NCBI GenBank assembly: GCA_964247135.1
Contig: CAXTTL010000009.1
Coordinates: 2,162-46,330 of the forward strand
Length of the DNA stretch: 44,169 bases
Source of the DNA: an uncultured Deinococcales bacterium
GTDB taxonomy: Bacteria; Deinococcota; Deinococci; Deinococcales; JAAFIG01
Reading direction: 5' to 3'
Part shown: piece by piece, positions 35,396-44,169 of the stretch
How the letters are laid out: every line of letters starts with the position of its first letter
Position numbering within the stretch: position 1 is the first letter of the stretch
Made by a program: the position numbers and the translations under genes
Notes under the pieces: generated by a model
The model's input: the letters and a program-made list of their open reading frames with translations, nothing else
The model's database searches: none
What the model was told of the DNA's origin: nothing

Positions 35396-36402
35396 TGTCA
35401 ACAGCCGACCAAACCCATGAAGCCATCCAACGTCTCGCTCGAGCCATGCCAGGACTGAAATTGCCTGGAGAACGCGAACTTGCCGAAAAATACGAGGTCA
35501 GCCGTCAGCAAGTGCGCCGCGTTTTGGCACGCCTTGCCACTGAGGGCGTAATTGAACGCCGCCAAGGCAGTGGTACCTATGCCGCCATGCTCAAACCCGA
35601 AACCATGCGCCGCATCGGTCTGTGGATTGACAAACGCCTTCGATTGCGCGACGACCCGTTCTTTACCCTGATGATCGAACGCATTCTGCACGCCTGCCAC
35701 GATGACAACATTCGGTGTACCGTCGAACGCGTCGATGAAAACCATCCACCTCGAGCCTGGGAAGACGGCATTCTGACGCTCGGCATGGCAGCCACCACCC
35801 TGTTGCCACGCCTGAGCAGCCAAGACCCGCCCGCCGTCGGCTTGTTCGTCGATTTTGCCTTAAGCCCAAACAGCCACATCAGCCTTTTGCAAATGGACGA
35901 CTTTGGTGCGGGACGCAATGCCGTACAATGGTTGACAAGTCAAGGTTGTTCGAGGTTGGTCTTTGTTGGACGCATGGGCTTGCCCGTTTCAGATGCAAGG
36001 CTTGCGGGCGCACGCGAAGCCAGCCTGAGTTTGGGCATTCCTTTAGAGGCAATTGACGCCCGCATGAATTACCCCGCAGGTTTAACCGTGGGGTCAGACC
36101 TGAAAATCTCGGGCGGCGACAAAACGGGCATCTTCTGCGCCAACGACTGGCTGGCGCTCGGCGTTCACGCTGGCTTAAGTGGTCACGGTTCGCAAACTCG
36201 AGATTCTGTGGTCATGGCTGGCGTCGATGGTCTGCCCGTTGTCGCTGACCCTCGAGTTGGCGTCCGTTCATTGCGTGCGCCGCTCGAGACCATTGCCAGC
36301 GATGCGTTGGCAGAATTGCGCCGTTTAAGTGGTTTTCCACCCGTTGGAGGTCGGGTGGTACGGTATCCGTTAACCTGGGCGGACGAGTCCAAAACGGGTT
36401 AA
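35389..36402 (+). CDS. GntR-HTH + LacI-type sugar-binding domain regulator (AraR-like architecture)
   Basis: KLPGERELA..YEVSR..VRR.L..L..EG.IERRQGSGTY; C-terminal IFCAND.LALG, GVDG. Start uncertain (TTG 35389 or GTG 35395). Confidence 0.88.
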   Translation: MVVSTADQTHEAIQRLARAMPGLKLPGERELAEKYEVSRQQVRRVLARLATEGVIERRQGSGTYAAMLKPETMRRIGLWIDKRLRLRDDPFFTLMIERILHACHDDNIRCTVERVDENHPPRAWEDGILTLGMAATTLLPRLSSQDPPAVGLFVDFALSPNSHISLLQMDDFGAGRNAVQWLTSQGCSRLVFVGRMGLPVSDARLAGAREASLSLGIPLEAIDARMNYPAGLTVGSDLKISGGDKTGIFCANDWLALGVHAGLSGHGSQTRDSVVMAGVDGLPVVADPRVGVRSLRAPLETIASDALAELRRLSGFPPVGGRVVRYPLTWADESKTG

Positions 36403-36426
36403 CGTTTCTCGAGTTGTGGAGGTTTT

Positions 36427-37293
36427 ATGTCGGACACCAATTACAAATCCGAACTGGTCGGCGTTTTCGGGCATCCCGTCAATGAGAATCCAACCATTGT
36501 CATGCAGGAGGCAGGCTTTAAGGCGCTCGGTTTAAACTGGCGATACTTGAACATCGAAGTTCTGCCCCAAGACCTCGAGCGTGCCGTGCAAGGTTTACGC
36601 GCCATGAATTTTGCGGGCATCAACTGCACCATTCCGCACAAGGTCGCGGTGCTCGGGTTTTTGGATGAAATCGCGCCCGATGCGCGGGTGATGGGCGCGG
36701 TCAACACCGTTCGGCGCGAGGGCAACAAATTGATTGGCGAAAACACCGATGGCAAAGGTTTTATTCGTGCTTTAACCGAAGATGCCAAACTCGAGGTTCG
36801 CGGCAAAAAAGTGGTGATTTTGGGCGCGGGCGGTGCGGCTCGAGCGATGACGGTGGAACTCGCGTTGAACGGTGCGACACACATTACGGTGGTTAACCGT
36901 GACGAAACTCGAGGGTTGGCATTGGTGAAACTCTTGAACGAGAACACGCCCGTCAAAGCCGAATTCGTCCATTGGCTCGAGACTTATGTTGTGCCAGATG
37001 GCACGGATATTCTGGCAAATGCGACCTCAATTGGTTTGTACCCGAACATTTCAGACCGCCCGAACCTCGAGTACGATTCGATCACACCAAACATGACCGT
37101 CTGTGATGTGATTCCAAACCCGCCACACACGCCGTTTTTGCAAGAAGCGGAGGCTCGAGGGGCGGGAACTTTGGATGGTTTGGGAATGCTGGTCTACCAG
37201 GGCGCAATCGCCTTCAAAATGTGGACGGGTCTTGAGCCAGACGTGAGGGTAATGCGTGAGGCGTTGGAAAAAGTTTTTCAACCTGGGGCGTGA
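36427..37293 (+). CDS. aroE: Shikimate dehydrogenase (AroE/YdiB family)
   Basis: GINCTIPHK, GAVNTV, GENTDGKGF, GAGGAARA, NATSIG, DGLGMLVYQGA.AF.MWTG; SD GGAGG. Confidence 0.9.
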   Translation: MSDTNYKSELVGVFGHPVNENPTIVMQEAGFKALGLNWRYLNIEVLPQDLERAVQGLRAMNFAGINCTIPHKVAVLGFLDEIAPDARVMGAVNTVRREGNKLIGENTDGKGFIRALTEDAKLEVRGKKVVILGAGGAARAMTVELALNGATHITVVNRDETRGLALVKLLNENTPVKAEFVHWLETYVVPDGTDILANATSIGLYPNISDRPNLEYDSITPNMTVCDVIPNPPHTPFLQEAEARGAGTLDGLGMLVYQGAIAFKMWTGLEPDVRVMREALEKVFQPGA

Positions 37294-37640
37294 TATTTCA
37301 CTTCGTGTTCAAGCTTCTCGAGCGTTTGCAATTTCTCGAGGCTGAGGTAAGCGTTTTTGCGCCAAGGGCGATACTCGCGTTTGCCATCGATGACCGCGTA
37401 GCCTCGAGCACCAATTTCGATCCATTTGGCACGGTTCTCGAGCAGGTGGGCGCGAATGTTTTCGAGCGCCACGTTTAAATCCGTGTCGCCCATCACCCGA
37501 GCGGCACGAATCAAACTCGAGTTCTCGAGCGGGAAAAGCTCGAGCGTTGAAGCCTCAAACTCGAGCAACCTTTTTGCCAGCCCGATTTCGAGCGGTTCAA
37601 AAAAAACGATAAACGCATCCAATTCCACGCCGCGACTCAT
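37278..37640 (-). CDS. Hypothetical protein (120 aa)
   Basis: ORF fills the gap between two genes; TAAACT-N6-ATG leaderless-type start at 37640; no recognisable motif. Confidence 0.55.
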   Translation of the reverse strand: MSRGVELDAFIVFFEPLEIGLAKRLLEFEASTLELFPLENSSLIRAARVMGDTDLNVALENIRAHLLENRAKWIEIGARGYAVIDGKREYRPWRKNAYLSLEKLQTLEKLEHEVKYHAPG

Positions 37641-37690
37641 GGGCAAAGTTTAATGATAAGCAACCTTGCGGATGTCCCAGCAAAAATTTT

Positions 37691-38250
37691 ATGCCAGAAT
37701 TTTGTATGGCTCGAGTTACCGAACTTGCCACAACCTTACTCGCTTCAGACGCCAAAACCATCGGCGAACATTTTGCGCTCATGCCGTTGCGCACCATCCT
37801 CGAGCTTCGAGGATATTTGCTCGAGACTGAGCAACATACGCTGTTGATTGATGGTTTGTTGGCAGGATTGCAACATATTGAACCTCGAGTGCGTTACAAC
37901 TGCGCCCTGGCGATGGATCATATTGCCGATGAACGCTGCGCCGAACTGCTGCGGGCATTGCTCGAGGATGCTGTTCCCAGGGTAAGGCGTGCGGCGCTGC
38001 ATTCTTTAAGCTGCGAGGCTTGCAAGGTCACGCCACTGCCCGTGCCAGGGGACTTGATCGAAACCCTCATTGCCAAAGCCAACACCGACCCCAGCATTCG
38101 CGTGCGACGTGCGGGGTGGGCAGCCTGATCGAAACCTGCGGCAACCCTCGGGTTTTAAAAGCCTTACAAGACCTTAAAACCCGAGAAGTCGATGCGGACA
38201 TTGGGCGCCAGTTGAAACGTGCCTTCAAAACTCAAACGGTTGCGTCGTAA
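37691..38250 (+). pseudogene. HEAT-repeat protein gene split by a single-base frameshift
   Basis: HEAT-like units EPRVRYNCALAM, DAVPRVRRAALHSL, DPSIRVRRA. The third unit continues as VGSLIETCGNPRVLKALQDL only after a frame change at GCGGGGTG (38111-38118). Confidence 0.7.
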
Positions 38251-38696
38251 GCACGAGGGTCAAGCTTGCCCATCAGTTCGCGCAGATCGGTTTTGTTGCT
38301 GCGTTCGGTTTCAATAATATTCTCGAGCAACGCCACCATCTCGGGATCGTCTTGCAGGATTGGGCGCAACTCGTGGTAACTTTCGACATCGTGAGACTCG
38401 GCTTTCAGTGCGTTCGATAAAGCCTCCCAAGTATTTGTGCCCTCAAGATGACCCAGCTCGAGCGGCGGAATTGTTGCCTTGAAATGAGCCATCAGCGTCT
38501 CGAGTTGTCCGAGGTGCCGTTGTTTACGTTCGGCAATCGTCAAAAGTTGCGCTTGATCTTGCGGGTATTTCATGGCGGCAGCCAGTTTTTTGACCAGTTC
38601 GGCTTCGCTGGCTTCCTCGAGGTAACGTTGCTCGAGGGCTTTTTTTGCCTCAGCCACGGGATCGGGAAAAAGTCCCTGCAACCAACCCAGCTTCAT
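38232..38696 (-). CDS. Ferritin-like four-helix-bundle protein
   Basis: Helical pattern YLEE / IAERKQRH / LKAE..Y / IIETERSN resembles a degenerate E..ExxH repeat; ATGA overlap with the upstream gene. Confidence 0.6.
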   Translation of the reverse strand: MKLGWLQGLFPDPVAEAKKALEQRYLEEASEAELVKKLAAAMKYPQDQAQLLTIAERKQRHLGQLETLMAHFKATIPPLELGHLEGTNTWEALSNALKAESHDVESYHELRPILQDDPEMVALLENIIETERSNKTDLRELMGKLDPRAYDATV

Positions 38697-39790
38697 GCGC
38701 GGTCTGGATGACGTTGCAAGCCAGCCAAGCCTCCCATTTCAGTCTCGAGTTGCCGACCCATTTCGCCCTGCAAGAAACGCACTTTTAAACCAAAATTCTC
38801 GCGCAGTCCACCGATCACGTCACGCAACTGCTTGCCCTCGACCGCGCCGCCCGTCAGGGTCGAAATGCCCTGGGCTGGGTAGACGCCAAAAACATAACCC
38901 TGCTCATCGCGCCAGACGGGTGTGCTCGAGCCGTCACCCGAAACCAGAAGCTCAAAGACGCTGCCCTCCTGGACTGCCGTCAGCGTCATCTCAGCCCCGC
39001 TCACGCCCCGTTCGCGGACATTGGCGAGCGCGGCTTCGTCGGCGTTGCTGACCGCCGTCTCGAGAGCCGATTGCGCCGCCTCGAGCACCTGGGCGGCGCT
39101 GGCATCGCCAGGAACTTTGAATTCGCCCACCAGTGCACCTGTCAAATCCGAGGTCAGCTCTGCCTTCAGGCTTTCACGCAACTCTGGCGGACCCGCGATC
39201 AGCAGTTGCTCGAGCGTCCCCGATTGCCGCAAGTGGGTCAATTGCTCGACCACTTTGTTCCAAAACACCTGATCCTGATGTTCGACGTATTGGTTGTCGT
39301 CGAAGTTGCGGGCAGCTTCGCGTCGTCCACCGAGCGCAAGCGCATCGTGCATTTCACGAATCTCGCCCAGGCGCACATCAAACAGACGTCCCCAGTCGTG
39401 ATCCACAAGCACAATGATGTTGTGCGGATTGGCTGCCAGCACCGCATTTAATGGTTCCAAATCTGGTGCGCCGTAATGCGCGGACTCTGGAAGCTCGAGT
39501 TGCACATCGACCACGCGCCTTTGCAGGTGCCCATGTTCGTCCCAGAGAAAATAGGCGCGGGTTCGGGTGGTGTGTCCGGCTTCGGTCAGGTCCGCCATCA
39601 CGTATTCGCTCAGGCTGGTCGGAATTTCGTCTTGGGTCAAAAGGTTTTTAATCCGAATGCGCATCGCGCCGCCCTGATTGACTGGACTGGCTGGGTTGAC
39701 CACACAAATCACACTCAAGACCTGATCTGTGGGCAGTTCGCTCGAGAGGGACTGAAGGCTGGGTTCGTCGAAGTTTTGTGGGGCGAACAT
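38693..39790 (-). CDS. Bacterial aeRF1-like protein (baeRF/VLRF1-type annotation; Balon-like)
   Basis: VLS..V.NP, RAYF, QLELPE....G.P.LEPL, IVLVDH..GRLF.V.LGEI.E, LLIAGPPE, GV.G...TL.AVQEG.V..LL, L..EMGGLAGL.R; no catalytic GGQ. Confidence 0.75.
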   Translation of the reverse strand: MFAPQNFDEPSLQSLSSELPTDQVLSVICVVNPASPVNQGGAMRIRIKNLLTQDEIPTSLSEYVMADLTEAGHTTRTRAYFLWDEHGHLQRRVVDVQLELPESAHYGAPDLEPLNAVLAANPHNIIVLVDHDWGRLFDVRLGEIREMHDALALGGRREAARNFDDNQYVEHQDQVFWNKVVEQLTHLRQSGTLEQLLIAGPPELRESLKAELTSDLTGALVGEFKVPGDASAAQVLEAAQSALETAVSNADEAALANVRERGVSGAEMTLTAVQEGSVFELLVSGDGSSTPVWRDEQGYVFGVYPAQGISTLTGGAVEGKQLRDVIGGLRENFGLKVRFLQGEMGRQLETEMGGLAGLQRHPDRA

Positions 39791-39899
39791 GTTGTATCTC
39801 CTTTTCTAAATCTCGAGCGGCGAAGTCGTTCGCTCGTCTTGTGGCTGCATTGTTTGGGGTTTAAAGCCAACTTCCAATCGTTCATTCCGGTGCAGGTCT

Positions 39900-42464
39900 T
39901 CAATGCTTGAGCGCTGAGCTGACGATCCCTCTCGAGCGGATCACTTTGAAAGCTTCGATCCAACCCACACCGACCAGTGCCGCCAGTACACACCAGCCAA
40001 ATTGAGGCAATGAAACCTCGCTAAACCCGAACAACTGCTGGGCGGGTTGGATAAACAAGGTCACCAGCAGCAAACCCAACGTCAGAACGAGCATCAACCA
40101 GAGCGTTTTGTTGGGGATCAAGATGGTTTCCAGAACCGAAAACCTGAACGAACGGTTGACAAGGGTCAGAAAAATATTGCTGAGCACCAGCGTCGAAAAA
40201 ACCAGGGTGCGGATCACGCCCAGAGGCTGACCTTGTTGCATGAAAACAAAATAAACACCCAACACCGCCAGCGCAATTCCCAAGCCCTGCGCGATGCTCC
40301 AAGCCAGTTCTGACCCCGCAAAAAGCGAGCTGGTCAGGGCACGTGGTTGCTGCTGCATCTGTCCCTTTTCGGCGGGTTCGTTCTCGAAGGCAATCGAGCA
40401 GGTGGGTCCCATCACCAGCTCGAGAAAAATGATATGCACTGGACTGAACAGATTGGCAATTTTCCAACTTGCCAGCAGCGGCACCGCCACGGTCAAAACG
40501 ATTGGAATGTGAATTGAGACGATGTACGAGACAGCCTTCTTGAAATTCTGATAAATTCGGCGACCCTGGGCTACGGCATCAACCATGCTGCCCAAATCAT
40601 CGTTGACCAGCACCAGCGATGCCGCCTGTTTTGCGACCTCTGTGCCGCGTTTGCCCATAGCCACACCGATGTGCGCGGCTTTCAGAGCCGGACCGTCATT
40701 GACCCCGTCGCCGGTCATGGCGACCACCTCACCATTTTGTTTTAAGGCGTTCACCACCCGCAATTTGGCTCCTGGAAACATTCGGGCAAAGACCGAAGTT
40801 TTTGCCACCTCGAGCCGCAATGTGGCATCATCCATGTTCATGACTTGTTCGCCGGTGGTCAGCGTTTCAGCGCCCTCCAAACCGACTTGTCGCGCAATGG
40901 CTTGGGCGGTCTCAATGGAATCGCCGGTAATCAATTTCACCCGAATGCCCGCCTCGGTAAACGCCCGCACCACCGCCGCCGCGTTTGGTTTGGGAGGATT
41001 CTCGAGCGCCACAAGTCCCAGAAACGACCAGTCAAAATCATCCTGGAGTTTTGGAAAATTTGGTGCCTGGTATGTCCCTCGAGCCACGCCAAGCACCCGA
41101 AGTCCCTGGGTTGAAAGCTCGAGCGCAACCCTGCGAATCTGTGCGGCAACACCAGGCTCTGGACGGCAGACCGCCAGAATATGTTCGAGCGCCCCTTTGC
41201 CCGCCACGAAAATTTCGCCGCTCGAGGATTGCCGGACGTGGGTCATCATCGGCGGCGAACCGTCCAGCGGATACTCTTGAACCATCGGAAACAAGTCAAC
41301 CGTTTTTGTCGGGTCAACCGTTGCAAAAGCCGTGACAATCGCTTTTTCCATTTCATCAAAAGGAACATTTTCGCTCGCCCAACGCGCATACGCCAGCACC
41401 TGTTGGGTCGAATTCGGTAGGGCAATATTATTCTCGAGCAACGGCACAAGCCTTTGACTTGTACCGTCGTAGACCTGCCTTACAGCCATTCCAGTTTGGG
41501 TGATCGTGCCCGTTTTGTCGGTGCAAATCACGGTCGCCGAACCGAGGCTTTCAACCGTCTGAGGTTGCTTGGTCAGCACACCCATACGACTTAAGCGGGC
41601 TGCGCCCAGCGCCATAAAACTGCTGAACGCCATCGGAATTTCTTCTGGCAAAATAGCCATTGCCAGCGTCAAACCAAAAAGCAGTGCCGTCAGCCAATTA
41701 CCAGAATGAGCGTAGTTGATGCCCCAGACCAGCAAAAACGCGAATATGCCAATCCAAGCCATGCGAATCACAAACTGGTTGACTTGAAGCTGAAGCGGCG
41801 TTTTTTCGCTTTTGATGCCGCCGATGCTGCGCCCAATTTTTCCAAGTTCGGTTTGCTTGCCCACTGCACTCACCAAAAACTCTGCGCTGCCAGTGGTGCT
41901 GGTGGTGCCAGCAAAAACTTGATCGCCAACAGATTTTGTGACACTGACCGACTCTCCAGTCAAAATCGATTCGTCGAGTGAAAAGTCGTTGCTGTCCTGA
42001 ATCAAACCATCCGCCGAAATCCGTTCGCCCTCCTCGATCAGCACGGTATCACCGACAACAATATCTTCGACGGGTATGGCGTTTAAAGCACCATTGCGCC
42101 AGACTTGCGCTTTGGGTTGCGTGAGTTCATGGAGCACCCCCAAAGCCTGATCGCTGCGCACCGACTGATAGACCGAAATGCCCGACACCACCAAAAGCGC
42201 AACGCCCAGCGTGATCGCCTCTGCAATTTCGCCAAGACCAACATAAATGCCGCAAGCCACCAACAGCAGTAAAAACATTGGCTCGGTCACCACTTCTTTG
42301 ATGGTCACGAACAAATATGGCGTGGTCTCGGCTGATAGGATATTGCGCCCATTTAAGGACAGAGATTTGGCGACAGCCTCATCGTTTAAGCCTTGAACAA
42401 CTCGCAATTGGTGCGGCAAATCTTTTTTTGGAATTCTTTTGGGTGCGTACAATTCTTGCCTCAT
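39900..42464 (-). CDS. Cation-translocating P-type ATPase (P2, Ca2+-type)
   Basis: DESILTGES, PEE, ICTDKTGT, KGA, LITGD, FAR..P..K, MTGDGVNDGPALK; SD GAGGAG, ATG 42464. Confidence 0.95.
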   Translation of the reverse strand: MRQELYAPKRIPKKDLPHQLRVVQGLNDEAVAKSLSLNGRNILSAETTPYLFVTIKEVVTEPMFLLLLVACGIYVGLGEIAEAITLGVALLVVSGISVYQSVRSDQALGVLHELTQPKAQVWRNGALNAIPVEDIVVGDTVLIEEGERISADGLIQDSNDFSLDESILTGESVSVTKSVGDQVFAGTTSTTGSAEFLVSAVGKQTELGKIGRSIGGIKSEKTPLQLQVNQFVIRMAWIGIFAFLLVWGINYAHSGNWLTALLFGLTLAMAILPEEIPMAFSSFMALGAARLSRMGVLTKQPQTVESLGSATVICTDKTGTITQTGMAVRQVYDGTSQRLVPLLENNIALPNSTQQVLAYARWASENVPFDEMEKAIVTAFATVDPTKTVDLFPMVQEYPLDGSPPMMTHVRQSSSGEIFVAGKGALEHILAVCRPEPGVAAQIRRVALELSTQGLRVLGVARGTYQAPNFPKLQDDFDWSFLGLVALENPPKPNAAAVVRAFTEAGIRVKLITGDSIETAQAIARQVGLEGAETLTTGEQVMNMDDATLRLEVAKTSVFARMFPGAKLRVVNALKQNGEVVAMTGDGVNDGPALKAAHIGVAMGKRGTEVAKQAASLVLVNDDLGSMVDAVAQGRRIYQNFKKAVSYIVSIHIPIVLTVAVPLLASWKIANLFSPVHIIFLELVMGPTCSIAFENEPAEKGQMQQQPRALTSSLFAGSELAWSIAQGLGIALAVLGVYFVFMQQGQPLGVIRTLVFSTLVLSNIFLTLVNRSFRFSVLETILIPNKTLWLMLVLTLGLLLVTLFIQPAQQLFGFSEVSLPQFGWCVLAALVGVGWIEAFKVIRSRGIVSSALKH

Positions 42465-42492
42465 CGCTGAACTCCTCAAATCAATGTGCCGA

Positions 42493-42756
42493 TTAAAGCT
42501 GTTTAAAATCAGATTTGGTCAACCATTCCTGCCGAACGGTGTCAGCATTTTTGTTCAAACTCACCGTGTCACCATCAACTTTTTTGACCCACTCGAGCGG
42601 AATATAACGGCGTTTGCCGTCGGGCATGTCGCGTTTGCGCAGTTTGATAAAATTGTCTTTTTTGACCCCAACCACCGTGCCGATATGAATTCTGGTACCG
42701 TCGCCGCTGGCATGAATCAACATGTCTTTATGGATACTTTTTGCCATTTTTTTCAT
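42493..42756 (-). CDS. DUF2171-like small protein (87 aa) with its own RBS, in frame with the upstream bfr-like sequence
   Basis: IH.DM.I..S.DG..HIGTV......IKL.K.D..DGK.RYIPLEWV.KVD...V.LNK.AD.VRQEW; GAGGGAGAAATC ATG at 42756. Confidence 0.75.
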   Translation of the reverse strand: MKKMAKSIHKDMLIHASGDGTRIHIGTVVGVKKDNFIKLRKRDMPDGKRRYIPLEWVKKVDGDTVSLNKNADTVRQEWLTKSDFKQL

Positions 42757-43173
42757 GATTTCTCCCTCTTCTTGACCCAATTGATTTTCCTGAACACGCT
42801 TGGACTTGCGTGACAAGAGCGGATCGGAATACACGACCTGTCGCCAATTGACCCCATCTTCCTGAGTCTCGAGCAAGGATGCCACAAGTTCCCGCACCGT
42901 ATTTTGGTTCAGCCCGAGCACGCCAAAGTCTTCTACACCAAGCTCAAAAAGCTCGAGCTTGGCAATGGTTGGGATGCCTTGGAGCGATAAAATCATGCCA
43001 ATCAGCATCTCAGAGTGGTTGATCTCATCGGCGGCAATGCGTTTGAGTTGGCTCGCCAAGAACGAATCACCCAAACTGGCAGATTGTTCGCTGTGCAACA
43101 TGTAATGACTGATCGCCGCCAGTTCTTCGGAAAGTCGAGTGTTCAGGTCAGTGATCATTTCCGTCTTGCCCAT
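42757..43173 (-). pseudogene. Degenerate bacterioferritin-like sequence reading through into the DUF2171-like ORF
   Basis: LNTRLSEELAAISHYMLHSE..G...L......ADEINHSE.LI..IL.LQG.P matches Bfr helices A/B. Helix C appears largely missing and there is no stop before the next RBS. Confidence 0.6.
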
Positions 43174-43207
43174 ACATTTCAGCCTCCAACTTTGCTCGAG
43201 CAACACT

Positions 43208-43729
43208 TCAGACGGGATTTGAGCTTTTATTGTTTTCAGACACGATTTCCAGATCGCTGGCTTGCTGATGTTCAAGCACCCCTCGAGCCAGTTCGATCTG
43301 GGTTTCGTTGCCGTGTACCATGACCAGAAAACCACCATTTTGAACAACTGTTTGGTACTTCAGGGCTTTATCTAGTGGTAAGCCGTAACCCATCAACGCG
43401 TCGGTCAAACCCCCACTGGAAGTCCCCACAAGCGCACCGTCAAGCAGACCAAAAAAATTAGCGGACAGCGGTCCTGCCACCAGCAGCGGTCCAACTCCAG
43501 GCAGCGTCAGGGCGGCAGCCCCGAGCAGCAAACCACCAATGGCACCCAACAACGGTGTTGGGGCTTGGACATCGCTGGGTGCGACCATGCCCTGCACCTG
43601 TTCGGTGGATTGCATGTTTTGCGTCACAATAGAAATACTTGGGTATGGAAAACCCGCCTCACCGAGCGCACGAACTGTAGCCTCGGCACGTTGGTGACTG
43701 TTAAAATGTCCAGTGATCACTTGCTCCAT
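43208..43729 (-). CDS. General stress protein (YflT-like domain + glycine-zipper membrane segment)
   Basis: ITGHF.S...AE..V..L.EAGF....ISIV, LPGVGPLLVAGPL, GGLTDALMGYGLP...A.KY...V..G.FLV.VHG; SD GGGAG, ATG 43729. Confidence 0.8.
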   Translation of the reverse strand: MEQVITGHFNSHQRAEATVRALGEAGFPYPSISIVTQNMQSTEQVQGMVAPSDVQAPTPLLGAIGGLLLGAAALTLPGVGPLLVAGPLSANFFGLLDGALVGTSSGGLTDALMGYGLPLDKALKYQTVVQNGGFLVMVHGNETQIELARGVLEHQQASDLEIVSENNKSSNPV

Positions 43730-44169
43730 CTTCACTCCCGTGGGTCGCCCTGTCATAAATTTGATTTCAGATATTCGATGAAAACTCGAGTTTTAAACAG
43801 CTCGAGCCTTGCCAAAAACTCAGCCACCCACAATGATCTGATTGTTGACCGATGTCACACCTTTTCGCTCCAAGCTGCCTGTGCCGCCTCATCACGTTTG
43901 CTCAGTTCTATTCTTCGAGCCGCCATTACCAGAAGGTTACGAATTTCATTTTTTCAGCTCAAAACACGTTGCTCGAGCATTGGCAAGGGTTGAACATGAA
44001 AATCTGGCACGAATGGATTGTTCAGGCTCACGGGTGTACCTGCTTGCTGCAAGGCACGCACGCAAATCCGTTCACCCGCTTTGATGCGTTCGGCTAAAAC
44101 AATCGTTTCGGGCATTGGGGTGTCTTTAATATCGTGGTTTAAAAAAGCCAGAAAACGTCGGTAATGCTC

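Noticed and set aside
16860-41280. Long antisense ORFs (e.g. 16860-17534, 19518-20255, 20842-21540, 28648-29304, 31839-32651, 40585-41280)
   Set aside because: Shadow frames of well-supported genes in GC-rich DNA, with no recognisable motifs.
43760-44169. Short ORFs 43842..44084 and 43852..44097 and the AAAACTCGAGTTTT palindrome at 43781-43794
   Set aside because: No SD or motif support; the palindrome is an extended copy of the ubiquitous CTCGAG.
1-44169. CTCGAG abundance as an XhoI cloning or assembly artefact
   Set aside because: The sites lie within intact conserved reading frames in all three phases, so they are native sequence.

Overview
Bacterial chromosomal window, probably Deinococcota. 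This is inferred from leaderless-type promoters, gene content and a strongly iterated CTCGAG palindrome. (1) 1-9430, minus strand: a type I-C CRISPR-Cas operon (cas3-cas5-cas8c[+internal cas11]-cas7-cas4, cut at the left edge; cas1, cas2 and any array are not in the window). It is headed by a WYL regulator overlapping the cas3 start. Upstream are a TPR + C-terminal winged-helix (SARP-like) regulator and a 43-aa signal-peptide-like ORF flanked by two perfect palindromes. This peptide-TPR-WYL-cas module is the best candidate for an undescribed system, possibly peptide-signalling control of CRISPR immunity. (2) 9456-23767: DUF3224 and DinB genes plus a divergent rare-sugar catabolic locus (ROK regulator, ABC transporter, five sugar kinases, two aldolases, oxidoreductase, D-lyxose-type isomerase). 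(3) 23787-37293: arabinan/L-arabinose locus (GH43, araA, GH4, araD, araB, GH51, ABC permeases and SBP, GntR regulator) and shikimate dehydrogenase. (4) 37278-43729: hypothetical gene, a frameshifted HEAT-repeat gene and a stress-type cluster (general stress protein, degenerate bacterioferritin fused to a DUF2171-like domain, P-type ATPase, aeRF1-like factor, ferritin-like protein). All calls come from motif recognition by eye; no searches were run.
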